Assembly: GCA_041649155.1 (NCBI GenBank)
Contig: JBAZNP010000001.1
Span: forward strand, 3,581-67,580
Source: Patescibacteria group bacterium
Lineage (GTDB): Bacteria > Patescibacteriota > UBA1384 > XYA2-FULL-43-10 > 1-14-0-10-43-13
Direction of reading: 5' to 3'
Length of the DNA: 64,000 nucleotides
Below the pieces are notes generated by a model that saw only the letters and a list, made by a program, of their open reading frames with translations, had not been told where the DNA came from and searched no databases. Of this stretch, positions 19,653 to 30,325 are shown piece after piece (position 1 is the first letter of the stretch; every line of letters starts with the position of its first letter). The translations under genes were made by a program, and so were the position numbers.

Positions 19653-21284
19653 TTAACTCGCCTGACCTTGATTCGAGTTTGGCAAATTCTGGTCGTTAGG
19701 AATAGAATTTTGATCTACAGGATTATTAGCGACTGCAATATCTACTTCTGCAGGAATAGAAGTGTTGTTAGTATTTTGCGTAGAAATATAGGTCTGAATA
19801 AGCTGATTATCATTATGATCAGTTTTGACATTTTGGCTGTCCTGTTTATTTTCCACAGCGGCCTGCTCGGGCATGTTGCTTTGAGTCTCCTCTGAAATAG
19901 CTTGACTTGAGTCAGCTTGGGGGATTGTTTTAGCATTTTCATTTGCAATAACGTCTTTATTTATCCCTCCAAAACCATGCTCAATAGTCCCTTGCCCTGA
20001 CACAGTGCTGTTTTGAACCACCAGTTCCGGAGCTGGTATCGAAGGCTCAGCTTGAACAGGAGTATCTACTAAGCCTTGATCTTGAATAACTTGATTTGGT
20101 TGAGGTTGAACCGATATTTCCTGTGCTATATTCATCGATTGGTCACTTTGAGAAATCTCATCCATCGGATTAACAGTAACAGCAGCAGGCTCTGAAAAAC
20201 TCGTCATACTTCTTAGCATTGCTGCATGTTCTTTTCTCCTCTTAACAAAAAGCGCTATAAATACTACCATTCCGATAAAAATAAGCGCCGAACCTCCATA
20301 AATAGCATATGTTAAATATTTATTCTCTTTTTCAGGAGTCGCCTCCGTTGTAACAGGCACAGCTTTTATTTCCGGAAGAGTTTTTCCGAAAGCAACTCTC
20401 GTGCTATCCAAAACGAAATCAGCCGCTACATCCGTACTTTTTACGCCGTCTTTTTCGGTATTAATAACGATCTGATGAGCACCGTCTTCAATCTTTTGAT
20501 CTAACGTATAAGACCAATTACCAGATTCATCAGACTGGACCGAAGCAGCAATCGGATCACTGTTGATCGTAACATTCACTTTAACCGATGGATCGGCCGT
20601 TCCCATAAAAACAAGTTTCCACTCATCACTATTTTTAATTGAAATTTCGGGATTTTCAGGATCAACAGTGGAGTTAAGAAAAGAAACATTTTTAATTACG
20701 GGTAAATTTAGCACAGTTGGCGTGGTTGATGCGGCCGGCGTAGTTGTTGTTTTTGCTGAAGATGTTGTCTTTTTAGACACTGATGTTGAAGTTGTGTTAG
20801 CTGTTATACTGGCCACAGATGAGGACCCCGACACAGCAATATTTGCCCCATCGCCATCATATGCAGCCAAATCGGTTAACGACAAAGTTGCTTCTCCCTG
20901 AGCTTTAGTTTTAAATGGTATGGTTAGCAAAGTGGCATCCTCCGTAGAACAACCAGTTGCGCCAAGTTGATAATGAATCCTACTCGCAGAATTTTCTGCA
21001 GCAGTTGACATAGTATAAACCGAGCCTAAAGAAGGTGTGGAAGTGACTTCCAGAAGATCAGAAGGATATGTCAATGTAAATTCAACTGCACAAATCCTGT
21101 TTCCTCCGGATGATAAACCAATACTAGAATTAAATGTCGCTCCAACCTTGTAGCTTCCACCACCAGAAACACCCATGGAGACACCATCCGCTTTAACTAA
21201 ATCCGCGCTCAAAAATAACAAAGTGAATACTGCAATAAAATATAATATTTTTCTCATTTCTTTCCTCTTTTTATTCATTTTCAT
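19653..21284 (-). CDS. Secreted cohesin-domain protein with Ig-like domain, C-terminal TM anchor and disordered tail
   Basis: Signal peptide; cohesin-like pattern (VGATF..V..AVEFTLTYPSDLLEV..TLLTIPFKTKAQGEATLSL); T/S linker; GTADP..SDESGNWSYT Ig-like domain; TM followed by KRRK. Confidence 0.7.
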   Translation of the reverse strand: MKMNKKRKEMRKILYFIAVFTLLFLSADLVKADGVSMGVSGGGSYKVGATFNSSIGLSSGGNRICAVEFTLTYPSDLLEVTSTPSLGSVYTMSTAAENSASRIHYQLGATGCSTEDATLLTIPFKTKAQGEATLSLTDLAAYDGDGANIAVSGSSSVASITANTTSTSVSKKTTSSAKTTTTPAASTTPTVLNLPVIKNVSFLNSTVDPENPEISIKNSDEWKLVFMGTADPSVKVNVTINSDPIAASVQSDESGNWSYTLDQKIEDGAHQIVINTEKDGVKSTDVAADFVLDSTRVAFGKTLPEIKAVPVTTEATPEKENKYLTYAIYGGSALIFIGMVVFIALFVKRRKEHAAMLRSMTSFSEPAAVTVNPMDEISQSDQSMNIAQEISVQPQPNQVIQDQGLVDTPVQAEPSIPAPELVVQNSTVSGQGTIEHGFGGINKDVIANENAKTIPQADSSQAISEETQSNMPEQAAVENKQDSQNVKTDHNDNQLIQTYISTQNTNNTSIPAEVDIAVANNPVDQNSIPNDQNLPNSNQGQAS

Positions 21285-21320
21285 CTTATTTGTTAACTAG
21301 TCGCTTATTTATATTTTACT

Positions 21321-24300
21321 CTATTTCCCCCAATAACTCATCATTATAGAAAAGTCAGATATATTGACCTTATTGTCTTCGTTGAAATCTGCTGTATTGG
21401 CAATTTCAGTTTTGTTCCAATTAGACATCAGGTTTGAAAAATCCTTAATGTTCACCGCGCTGTCGTTATTAGAATCACCGGATTTACGTCTTATTAAAGA
21501 TATTAACAGGGGCTCTGATTGGTTTCTATTACTATCTTCAGCAATGACAGTTAGGGTGGTTGTTCCGATTGGAAGATCTACTTCTTTTGTCCACGTAGTT
21601 ATATCCGCAGGTACATCTACTTCTGAACCATTTATGATTAATCTAGTTACATTTGTTGATTTAGTACCGGTTACAGAATATTTAGCTTTGTAAGTAAAGC
21701 TTCGAGCAAGATTGGTGGTTGGAGAATTTAAAGTCATTCCTTCTGTTAGAGATGTCATTCCTTCAAACATTTTCTTTTCAAACTTATTAGCAGCTATCTG
21801 CAAAGCACTAAGATTAGATTCACTACTAAGATCGACTCCCCACCAACCAGTACTGGCAAATGCAGAAGTGGTACTTTCGGTTGGACTGGTTAATTCATAA
21901 AAATGAATATCCCCCAACCAAAGATAATCACTATCTGTTCCACTATATATTGTTATCGCAAATTCGATCTGGGTTGCATCAGACGGAGTAGTAAATTCAC
22001 AATAGCCAGAATTAAACTGAGAAAATTTTTCCCAATTAGATATAGCATAGCCAAACTGGTTTCCAGGACCGCCGGAAATATAAGTTCCGTCCGCATTATA
22101 ATAGCTAGTAGATAAATTAAAACTTTCTATCGTCGGGCTTTTTGTAACAAATGTGTACCAATATTTAGTATTTGGTTTCACGGTAATTTTTTTAGAAACT
22201 ACGGTCCGTAAATATTGAGTTTGGTCTTTTTTCGCGAATGAGATTTTCATTGTATTATGACCATTGTATTGATTAACGCTATCGGTAGTGAAGTTCACTG
22301 ATCCATGCCAATTATCGCTTAAAGAATTTTGAAATGTTCCATCCGGAAAAATATCGGAGCCAATATTAACATCTGATTTTGTATCAAGTATTGCGTCAGA
22401 TAATCCGGTAATCCAATCGGCAGAAGTAGATTTTGTCCAATCAACTCCCCATTCGCCAAAAACAACTGGTTTTTGCATTAAAGTAGCGTAATGACTGCGT
22501 AATTTAAGCTGTTTTATTGCTCCAGCGACATCGATTGGACCGCCAACAGGACCGTACTTATCAATCCAATCCGCAGCTTCAGCGTCTGTTAAGCCTCCTC
22601 GTTTATTGGAATCAGTCGGATCAAATTGGCCATAATATCCATGGTTAAACACGAAACCGCTTGACTCCGGATATCCGTGCCATGTCAGTAAATCAATACT
22701 TTCCGAAATTCCCGACAACACAAAATCATGATTATTATTTGCGTTGAACCCAGCTTCATAATTATGCGTGAACCAAACACTTCCATCATCGCCAGATGAT
22801 AACATGTGATTCGGATCAATACTTTTTTCATATTTGCTTATTTTATTGATCCATGATCGCAGTCTGCCACCAGAACCGGTATCAAAAGGTTCGTTAACAA
22901 GTTCCCAAGCGAAAATCGCCGGATCATCTTTGTAAACTTTACCAGTCACTGTATTTGTACGATTAAGAAATTTATTAATAATTTGATCGGTCATATTTTC
23001 TGAACAAGCATCATTAAAGAAACTACTGTTCCAAGTTGTAGCACAATTTCTCGCAATTTCTCTTGTGCCGCCAGTATTGTTGTCATGCTGATCAAGAAAA
23101 GTGAACATTATCCTAACATTATATTTTTGAGCCAAAGCCATGACTTTATCGGCAGCAACAAGGGCATCCTCATTCCAATTGCCAAAACCAGTCATATAAG
23201 CGCTACTTTCACCAGTTGGCCATTGAGTTCTAGGGTTATCTTTAGTTTCGTTTGTTGTTGGCAAAACACCGGCAGCGGCTGTGCTATTTGAAGTAGGTAT
23301 TGCAGGAGAAGTTGCTGCCACACCTTCATCAACATAAGAAACAACACCATTAACACTGCGAATCATTGCAATAAATTTTTCGCTTCCTTCCAGATCTGAT
23401 GATTTACGACGATATATGGCCGCCCAAGGAGAATTTTGAGTTGGAACAGTCACCTTAACTGCTTCACTGCCTGAGACTGTTACTTGAGCAGTTGGACTTG
23501 CTAATGTGAGAAATGTTCCGTTATTTCCTGCCACAAATTTTTCACCGTTTTCTTTGCCGTTGACTGGTTTGCGTTGTTCTTTAAAGGCATATCGATAAAT
23601 ATAATCTCCTGCTTCTAAGGTCGTTGTGGCACCAGTATTTCTTGCTTGGGTTTCTAATGTTGGCGCTTCTGTTGGATCAGCCCAAATTCCCGATGGTCGA
23701 TAGGAACCGTCATCAATGAAGGTCGCATCTTGTCCGGCCGGAGCTTCAGCAAAACCAAGATAGGTTTCGCTATCTACTGCATCAGTTGTATTGCGTCGAT
23801 AAACTAGATATCGGTAAGATTGCGCACAAGCCTTAAGCGTCAAGCTAACCTTCTGGCTGTCAGAAACAGTTACAGCACCAGTTGCAGGACTCGCTAATGT
23901 CTCGGCATAATCATAAGCAAAAGTAGTTTTGCTTAAATTCGCACATGTATAACGATAAACATAACTTCCAGCAGAAAGAGTACCACCGTCAGAAATTGCA
24001 GCTGTAGGCGCAGCTGTAGGATCGGGTAGTTTCATATCGTCAAGCATATAATTAATGACTCTAATCATTTTGATACCGGCTTTTTCGTCATTAGCAAAAC
24101 CTTCTTCCACTTGATCAGGATTGCCCATCATTTCAACAATTGCCCCAAAATTATTTGCTCCATTACCATAATATGGATGATCATTTTCTATGATTTGGGT
24201 ACCTTCGGATTTTAATATTGATTTAGAGTCATCGCCATACTCAATTTTGAATTTATTAGCAGCAGAAACTAAATTATCTGTTTTATCTGATACTGAAATT

Positions 24301-24647
24301 GTATGAACACCATTATTTAGGGCATCTGGTTTATAATAAAAATGACCGGCAGAATCTACCGTGACACTAGTCAATGTAGTTCCATCATACGAAATATCCA
24401 AAGAAGCATTTGGCGTAGCAGTCCCTTGTATTAAAGGATTATTTACATAAGTAAATCTTGAATTATTTGTTGGGGATAAAATTGTTGGCTGTATAATTGC
24501 ATTCTCATCTGCTTTAAAGAAAAATTTATACTTAAAAACGACGGCAAACAAGCCAGCAAACAAAAATACGCATATTAAAATAATAAGACGCACTTTTGTT
24601 TGATTGCCTAATTTATACATTAAATCACCCTCCTGGGGTTCGAACAC
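21321..24647 (-). CDS. Modular GH5-like glycoside hydrolase with CBM-like, Ig-like and C-terminal dockerin domains
   Basis: NTVTGKVYKDDPAIFAWELVNEP (acid/base, mannanase-like GH5), KPVVFGEWG (nucleophile); duplicated dockerin EF-hand GDSNNDSAVNIKDFS...ADFNEDNKVNISDFS. Confidence 0.8.
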   Translation of the reverse strand: MFEPQEGDLMYKLGNQTKVRLIILICVFLFAGLFAVVFKYKFFFKADENAIIQPTILSPTNNSRFTYVNNPLIQGTATPNASLDISYDGTTLTSVTVDSAGHFYYKPDALNNGVHTISVSDKTDNLVSAANKFKIEYGDDSKSILKSEGTQIIENDHPYYGNGANNFGAIVEMMGNPDQVEEGFANDEKAGIKMIRVINYMLDDMKLPDPTAAPTAAISDGGTLSAGSYVYRYTCANLSKTTFAYDYAETLASPATGAVTVSDSQKVSLTLKACAQSYRYLVYRRNTTDAVDSETYLGFAEAPAGQDATFIDDGSYRPSGIWADPTEAPTLETQARNTGATTTLEAGDYIYRYAFKEQRKPVNGKENGEKFVAGNNGTFLTLASPTAQVTVSGSEAVKVTVPTQNSPWAAIYRRKSSDLEGSEKFIAMIRSVNGVVSYVDEGVAATSPAIPTSNSTAAAGVLPTTNETKDNPRTQWPTGESSAYMTGFGNWNEDALVAADKVMALAQKYNVRIMFTFLDQHDNNTGGTREIARNCATTWNSSFFNDACSENMTDQIINKFLNRTNTVTGKVYKDDPAIFAWELVNEPFDTGSGGRLRSWINKISKYEKSIDPNHMLSSGDDGSVWFTHNYEAGFNANNNHDFVLSGISESIDLLTWHGYPESSGFVFNHGYYGQFDPTDSNKRGGLTDAEAADWIDKYGPVGGPIDVAGAIKQLKLRSHYATLMQKPVVFGEWGVDWTKSTSADWITGLSDAILDTKSDVNIGSDIFPDGTFQNSLSDNWHGSVNFTTDSVNQYNGHNTMKISFAKKDQTQYLRTVVSKKITVKPNTKYWYTFVTKSPTIESFNLSTSYYNADGTYISGGPGNQFGYAISNWEKFSQFNSGYCEFTTPSDATQIEFAITIYSGTDSDYLWLGDIHFYELTSPTESTTSAFASTGWWGVDLSSESNLSALQIAANKFEKKMFEGMTSLTEGMTLNSPTTNLARSFTYKAKYSVTGTKSTNVTRLIINGSEVDVPADITTWTKEVDLPIGTTTLTVIAEDSNRNQSEPLLISLIRRKSGDSNNDSAVNIKDFSNLMSNWNKTEIANTADFNEDNKVNISDFSIMMSYWGK

Positions 24648-25251
24648 AAATATGTTTTATATATTAAGAAATTGTGAGCCCTTGTCAAATTTCTTAATAA
24701 AAGATACTTATATCTTGACATATTACCTTCTTCCTTGCAATAAATTCAGGCAAAATAGCACAAAAAAAATCGCGATGATGCGATTAAAGTAATTGGGTGC
24801 TTCCGGCCGAGGAATTTGTGGCCGGAAGCAGAGCTCTATATTAAGTCGCAAGGTGCAACTTGTTTATATTGGTTTGAGGCTATGCTTGGCAGCATCCTCC
24901 GCCACGCTTCACTCGCCCAAAGGTATGGATTCGATCCAGGGCCTCCTCGACCCTTTGTCTGAAATTGATCTCAGTCTTCCGATCACGCGTGATGATGCAA
25001 ACAACAGGAGCCATGCTCTCCACTTTATTAAGGATTGAGGTATGGCTTAAGCTTCTCTTGAGTCTAGTGGATTTTCCGCTAGACTTTTCAGATCTTCTTC
25101 TTGGCATCCCATTACCGCTACGCATTGGTCCATAAACCTCCTTGTCTATGTTTTTTCTTCATCCTAAGCTTCGGAGTTTTCTTCTGCTTGTCCAAAGATG
25201 ACCTAAACCATCTTCCTCTGTGTTGAGATGTGTCTGATCTGACATTACTAC

Positions 25252-25485
25252 TCATAATGTCATCTCCTGACAAATCGTTTCCTGCCCTGTTAGAACAGGG
25301 TTGAACAAGCAGTCAGAACTCTTAGGATCAATGTAGCGTGCAGACACACCAGTGTCCAATGGGTGGCTTTGTGATGCTTCACAGAAACTCAAGCTCACTG
25401 AGCTAATAGCGTTAACCCTACGAACGCACCTTTCTTCTCTTGCTGCGGCCATAGCTGGCCGCAATCGTTGTACTTCTCTCCCCAT
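25252..25485 (-). CDS. Small hypothetical protein
   Basis: 77-aa ORF preceded by SD-like GGAGGGAAGG; no recognisable motif. Confidence 0.35.
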   Translation of the reverse strand: MGREVQRLRPAMAAAREERCVRRVNAISSVSLSFCEASQSHPLDTGVSARYIDPKSSDCLFNPVLTGQETICQEMTL

Positions 25486-25683
25486 AACCTTCCCTCCATG
25501 TCATCCATGATTTGTTGTACTTGCAAGAGCAGAATTAGCCAAATTTCTCGTTTTTATCACCTCTCTTCTGTAGTAGACATTACGAGCTCTCATGGCTCAT
25601 TTTAATACCTCATTCTATGTCGAAGATAATACTACGTTTTAAGCTATTGCGCAAGTGGATAAATTGCTTTAAAATAGTAAGTT

Positions 25684-27750
25684 ATGCAAAAGGTACAATT
25701 TAAAATTCATTCGCGTTACTCTCCGACCGGCGACCAACCGGAAGCTATTTTAAAATTATCTGAAAATATTAAGAAAAAAGTTAAACATCAAACCCTCTGG
25801 GGAGTGACCGGAAGCGGCAAAACTTTTACTATTGCCAATGTTATAGAAAAAACTCAAAAGCCGACCCTTGTCATTGCCCATAATAAAACTCTGGCTGCTC
25901 AGCTTGCTGATGAATTCAGACAATTCTTTCCAGAAAATGCAGTTCATTATTTTGTTTCATATTATGACTATTACCAACCAGAAGCATATATTCCTCATTC
26001 CGACACTTATATCGAAAAAGATTCTTCTATAAATGATGAAATTGATCGCCTCCGACATGCCGCGACTCATGCTCTTCTAACTAGAAGCGATGTCATCATT
26101 GTAGCTTCGGTCTCTTGTATTTATGGTATAGGTTCGCCTGAATTTTACAGAGCGGAAAATTTTACATTCAAGGTCGGGGAGAAAATTGAAAGAGATTATT
26201 TTTTGCACCAGTTAAATAATCTGCAGTTCAACCGCAATGACATCGAATTAAAAAGAGGCACGTATCGCCTTCATGGAGATACTTTGGAAATTTTTCCCGC
26301 TTACGAGACAAACACTGTAAAGGTAGAATTTTTTGGAGATAGTGTTGAAAAAATTATTGAAACTGACTGGATAACCGGCAAACAGGTAAAACAGCTTGAA
26401 TCGTTTGAAGTATTTCCGGCGAAGCACTTTATTACACCAGAAAACTTACAAAAAGAAGCAATAAAAAACATCAAGAAAGATCTTGAAGTTAGGGTAAATA
26501 GCCTAAAAAAGGCAGACAAATTGCTTGAAACCCAAAGGATCGAGCAGAGAACAAACTTTGACTTGGAAATGATTGAACAAACTGGATCTTGCTCCGGCAT
26601 TGAAAATTATTCAAGATATTTTGACGGACGAAAGCCAGGCATTCCGCCGACAACCCTTATTGATTATTTCCCTGACGATTTTTTAATGGTGATTGATGAA
26701 TCACACATAACTGTTCCACAAATCGGCGCCATGTATGCAGGAGACCGGTCAAGAAAAGAAAAACTTGTTGATTACGGTTTCAGACTTCCATCCGCTTTTG
26801 ACAATAGGCCATTTAGATTTGATGAATTTTACCACAAAATAAATCAGGTAATTTTCACGTCAGCAACCCCAAATGATTTTGAGTTAAGAAAAAGCTCTAG
26901 TGAGAATGTCATTTCGACCCATCCCGAGCCCACCGCTGGGTGGATCGAGGGAGGCGAGAAATCCCATCGCAATGCCGATAAACCTCAACCATATGATGGA
27001 GTTGTGAAACAATTCATAAGACCAACAGGCCTTCTTGATCCAAAGATTGAAATTAAAAAAACCAAAGGTCAAATAAATGATTTGATTGAAGAAATTAATA
27101 AAAAAGTAGTCAAAAATCAAAGGGTGCTAGTTACAACTCTCACTAAAAAAATGGCTGAAGCCCTGACAGATCATTTATTAGATCACAAAATTAAAGTGGC
27201 CTATATTCACTCTGACGTCGAGACGCTTGAACGTACTGAAATTTTGCACTCTTTGCGCTTGGGCGAATATGACGTTTTAATCGGAATCAATCTGCTTCGA
27301 GAAGGTCTTGATTTGCCAGAAGTTTCACTTGTTGCCATACTAGATGCTGATAAAGAAGGCTTTTTGCGAAGCAGAACCTCCCTGATCCAAACCATCGGTC
27401 GGGCAGCACGACATGTTGAAGGCAGAGTCATTATGTATGCCGATGTCATGACAGAATCGATGAAAATTGCAATTAACGAAACAAATATCAGAAGAGAAAT
27501 GCAAGAAAAATATAATAAAGATCACAACATCACGCCCAAAAGCACAGTGAGAAAACTTGAGCCCAAAGAAATTAAGGAAGAAAAAGAACAGCTTGAGATT
27601 GATCTGTCATTTAAAAAACTTCCAAAATCAGAAAAGAAAAGTGTTATTTCTGAGTTAAATATTCAGATGAAAAAAGCAGCGCAGCAGTTAGAGTTTGAAC
27701 ATGCTGCCCGCCTAAGAGATCAGATCACAAAACTTGAGAGTATGATATAA
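25684..27750 (+). CDS. uvrB: Excinuclease ABC subunit B
   Basis: [63 protein letters not shown] domain. Confidence 0.99.
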   Translation: MQKVQFKIHSRYSPTGDQPEAILKLSENIKKKVKHQTLWGVTGSGKTFTIANVIEKTQKPTLVIAHNKTLAAQLADEFRQFFPENAVHYFVSYYDYYQPEAYIPHSDTYIEKDSSINDEIDRLRHAATHALLTRSDVIIVASVSCIYGIGSPEFYRAENFTFKVGEKIERDYFLHQLNNLQFNRNDIELKRGTYRLHGDTLEIFPAYETNTVKVEFFGDSVEKIIETDWITGKQVKQLESFEVFPAKHFITPENLQKEAIKNIKKDLEVRVNSLKKADKLLETQRIEQRTNFDLEMIEQTGSCSGIENYSRYFDGRKPGIPPTTLIDYFPDDFLMVIDESHITVPQIGAMYAGDRSRKEKLVDYGFRLPSAFDNRPFRFDEFYHKINQVIFTSATPNDFELRKSSSENVISTHPEPTAGWIEGGEKSHRNADKPQPYDGVVKQFIRPTGLLDPKIEIKKTKGQINDLIEEINKKVVKNQRVLVTTLTKKMAEALTDHLLDHKIKVAYIHSDVETLERTEILHSLRLGEYDVLIGINLLREGLDLPEVSLVAILDADKEGFLRSRTSLIQTIGRAARHVEGRVIMYADVMTESMKIAINETNIRREMQEKYNKDHNITPKSTVRKLEPKEIKEEKEQLEIDLSFKKLPKSEKKSVISELNIQMKKAAQQLEFEHAARLRDQITKLESMI

Positions 27751-27902
27751 TCAGTCAGAATCAAGAAGTTTGAATAAAGAATTATGGGCCCGTCTAGTTA
27801 AGTTTCAAATCAAAAATATCCATGATTCATAATTCATGATTCAAGATTCTAATTTAGATAATTGATTTTTATGCCGTTTTAGTGTAAAGTAATGAGGTAA
27901 TT

Positions 27903-28217
27903 ATGAACCATTTAGAATTGTATAATCTTTTAAAAACAGTTCAAAAAAACGTTCGTTGTCCGCAATGCGGTAAGGAATATGATTTTCCAAATATTAAAAT
28001 CAGAGGAATTGCAGAGTTTATTGTTTTCCTAGAGCTAAATTGCGGAAATCACATGCCCCTAATTGCAACTGTAGCGCTGACAAAGAAGATTGATAAGGAA
28101 GAAAAAATAAGACCATCAGGAAAGATAAGCTCCAACGATATAATCGAAACTTATAATTTCTTAAAGGACTTTTCCGGTGGATTTGATAAGATATTTCAAG
28201 ATAATAAACTAAAATAA
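27903..28217 (+). CDS. Hypothetical zinc-ribbon protein
   Basis: CPQCG ... C.NH ligand pattern; SD GAGG upstream. Confidence 0.7.
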   Translation: MNHLELYNLLKTVQKNVRCPQCGKEYDFPNIKIRGIAEFIVFLELNCGNHMPLIATVALTKKIDKEEKIRPSGKISSNDIIETYNFLKDFSGGFDKIFQDNKLK

Positions 28218-28227
28218 TGGAAAAAAG

Positions 28228-28905
28228 ATGACAGATTTCAAATTAGACGCAAAATTAAGACAAGATGCCCCCAACAAAACCAGAAATGAAGGTTTTGTAC
28301 CGGCAATTGTGTATGGAAAAGGTTTTGACAACATTCAAATTGCTTTGGAAAAAATTAGCTTCATGAAGCTTTTCAAAGAAGCTGGAACTTCAAACCTTAT
28401 TGATTTAGTAATCGATGGCGGTAAAAGCGTTAAAACTCTGATCAACGACATACAGCTTGATCCTATTAAGTCAGATATTATTCATGTTGATTTTTACAAA
28501 GTGAACATGAAAGAAAAAATTCACGCAGAAGTCCCATTGAAATTTGTTGGCGACTCTATTGCTGTCATCGACAAAGAAGGATCTTTAATCACCAGCAAAG
28601 ATTCAATTGAAGTTGAATGTTTGCCTGCTGATCTTATTCCTGAACTTGAAGTCGACATTTCTGTCTTGGATGACTTTGAGAAAAATATTAAGATTTCAGA
28701 TCTTAAGTTGCCAGAAGGAATTGAAATTCAAGATGATCCAGAAGAGATTATCGCTCACGTTGAAGAACCTAGAAGCGAACAGGAACTAGAAGAACTTGAA
28801 ACCGAAGTTGTTGAAGATGTTTCAGCTATTGAAGTTGAAAATAAGGGCGAAGAAACTCCTGCTGAGGGCGAAGGCGAAAAAGCAGAAGAAAAATCCGCTG
28901 AATAG
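28228..28905 (+). CDS. rplY: 50S ribosomal protein L25/Ctc
   Basis: R.EGFVPAIVYG, IQLDP....IIHVDF, VPLKFVG, IEVECLPADLI; acidic tail. Confidence 0.95.
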   Translation: MTDFKLDAKLRQDAPNKTRNEGFVPAIVYGKGFDNIQIALEKISFMKLFKEAGTSNLIDLVIDGGKSVKTLINDIQLDPIKSDIIHVDFYKVNMKEKIHAEVPLKFVGDSIAVIDKEGSLITSKDSIEVECLPADLIPELEVDISVLDDFEKNIKISDLKLPEGIEIQDDPEEIIAHVEEPRSEQELEELETEVVEDVSAIEVENKGEETPAEGEGEKAEEKSAE

Positions 28906-28957
28906 TCCTGAGCAAAGTCGAAGGAAGTAAATTCATTTATATCAAGCGATATATAAT

Positions 28958-28986
28958 TCAAAAATGCCCCAAAGGGGCGTTTTTGA
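28958..28986 (+). terminator. Intrinsic terminator after rplY
   Basis: TCAAAAATGCCCC-aaa-GGGGCGTTTTTGA. Confidence 0.75.
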
Positions 28987-29085
28987 AATCTGATCTGAAA
29001 ATTGATAAATTAATAATTAAATGAAAATTGTCCCAACGATAAATATCGGGATCCCGATCGAAGCATCGGGAAAAATTCTAATTAT

Positions 29086-30246
29086 ATGAAGTACTTTGTT
29101 AAAGTCTATGGCTGCCAATATAACGAATGGGATGCAGCCAGAATAAGCTACATGTTAAAAAGCATCGGCTTGATTGAATCGTCCGAAAAGGATGCCGATA
29201 TTATTTTTGCATTGTCTTGCTCAGTTCGCAAAAGTGCTGTTGACCGCATAATGGGAATGGTCAAAAATTGGCAAGGCAAAAAGGTCGTCATTACAGGCTG
29301 CGTTCTTCCAAATGATAAACCAAAATATTTAAAAAAGAACGTCATTCTTTGGGATAATAAAAAGCCGGAAGATTTGAAAGATATTCTCCCACACTGTCAT
29401 TCTGAGCAAAGCGAAGAATCTCAAGATCATTCAGCTACGCCTCAAGATGACAAAATTAGCAAACTATTAAACAGCGGCAATTCCTCCTCCGCCTATCTCC
29501 CAATAATGATAGGCTGCAATAATTTTTGCTCTTATTGCGCCGTCCCATACACCAGAGGACGCGAAGAATCCAGACCCTTTAATGAAATCATGAGTGATTT
29601 CAAAAAAATGGTTGAAAAGGGATACAAAGAAATAATGCTCTTAGGCCAAAACGTAAATAGCTACAGAATTCAGAACGCAGATAACAGAATACAGCAAAAC
29701 AAAGCTGTCATTTCGACCCATTCCGAGCCCACCGTTGGGTGGATTGAGGAAGGCGAGAAATCCCATCACGATAAGTCTGGCTTTGCCATACTACTAGAAA
29801 CCTTAGATAAAATCCCAGGTGATTTCATGATTTCATTTACTTCAAACCATCCAAAAGATATGACTGATGACATTATTACTGCAGTTAAAAATTTACCAAA
29901 AGTGAAGAAAGAAATTCACCTGCCGCTTCAATCCGGAAGCAATGAAGTTTTAAAAGCAATGAACCGACCCTATACCATAGAGAAATATTTAGAACTAATC
30001 GAAAAAATAAAGAAAGAAATTCCGACTGTTTCGATTACAACCGACATTATTGTTGGTTTTCCGAACGAAACGGAAGAAAATTTTCGAAAAACCGTGGAAA
30101 TATTCAAAAGAATCAACTTCAAATCTGCCTACATAAATAAGTACTCTCCCCGTTCCGGAACAGCCGCCTTCAAACTCGGCGACCCAATCCTTTGGACAGA
30201 AAAACAACGTCGCTGGAAAATATTGAATGATATTGCGAATAAATAA
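29086..30246 (+). CDS. miaB: MiaB-like radical SAM methylthiotransferase (no TRAM domain)
   Basis: YGCQYN..D, SCSVR..A, GCNNFCSYCAVPYTRG.E.SR, LLGQNVNSY, HLPLQSGS, DIIVGFP.ET. Confidence 0.9.
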   Translation: MKYFVKVYGCQYNEWDAARISYMLKSIGLIESSEKDADIIFALSCSVRKSAVDRIMGMVKNWQGKKVVITGCVLPNDKPKYLKKNVILWDNKKPEDLKDILPHCHSEQSEESQDHSATPQDDKISKLLNSGNSSSAYLPIMIGCNNFCSYCAVPYTRGREESRPFNEIMSDFKKMVEKGYKEIMLLGQNVNSYRIQNADNRIQQNKAVISTHSEPTVGWIEEGEKSHHDKSGFAILLETLDKIPGDFMISFTSNHPKDMTDDIITAVKNLPKVKKEIHLPLQSGSNEVLKAMNRPYTIEKYLELIEKIKKEIPTVSITTDIIVGFPNETEENFRKTVEIFKRINFKSAYINKYSPRSGTAAFKLGDPILWTEKQRRWKILNDIANK

Positions 30247-30285
30247 TATTTGCAATTAATATTAGAGATTAATGTAATTAAAAAG

Positions 30286-30325
30286 ATGTGATAATTTTTG
30301 CGCGGCCACGATATTTTTATCACAT
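30286..30325. repeat. 40-bp direct repeat, copy 1 (overlaps the stop codon of the PaaX-like gene)
   Basis: ATGTGATAATTTTTGCGCGGCCACGATATTTTTATCACAT, identical to 30978-31017; 9-bp palindromic ends. Confidence 0.97.
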
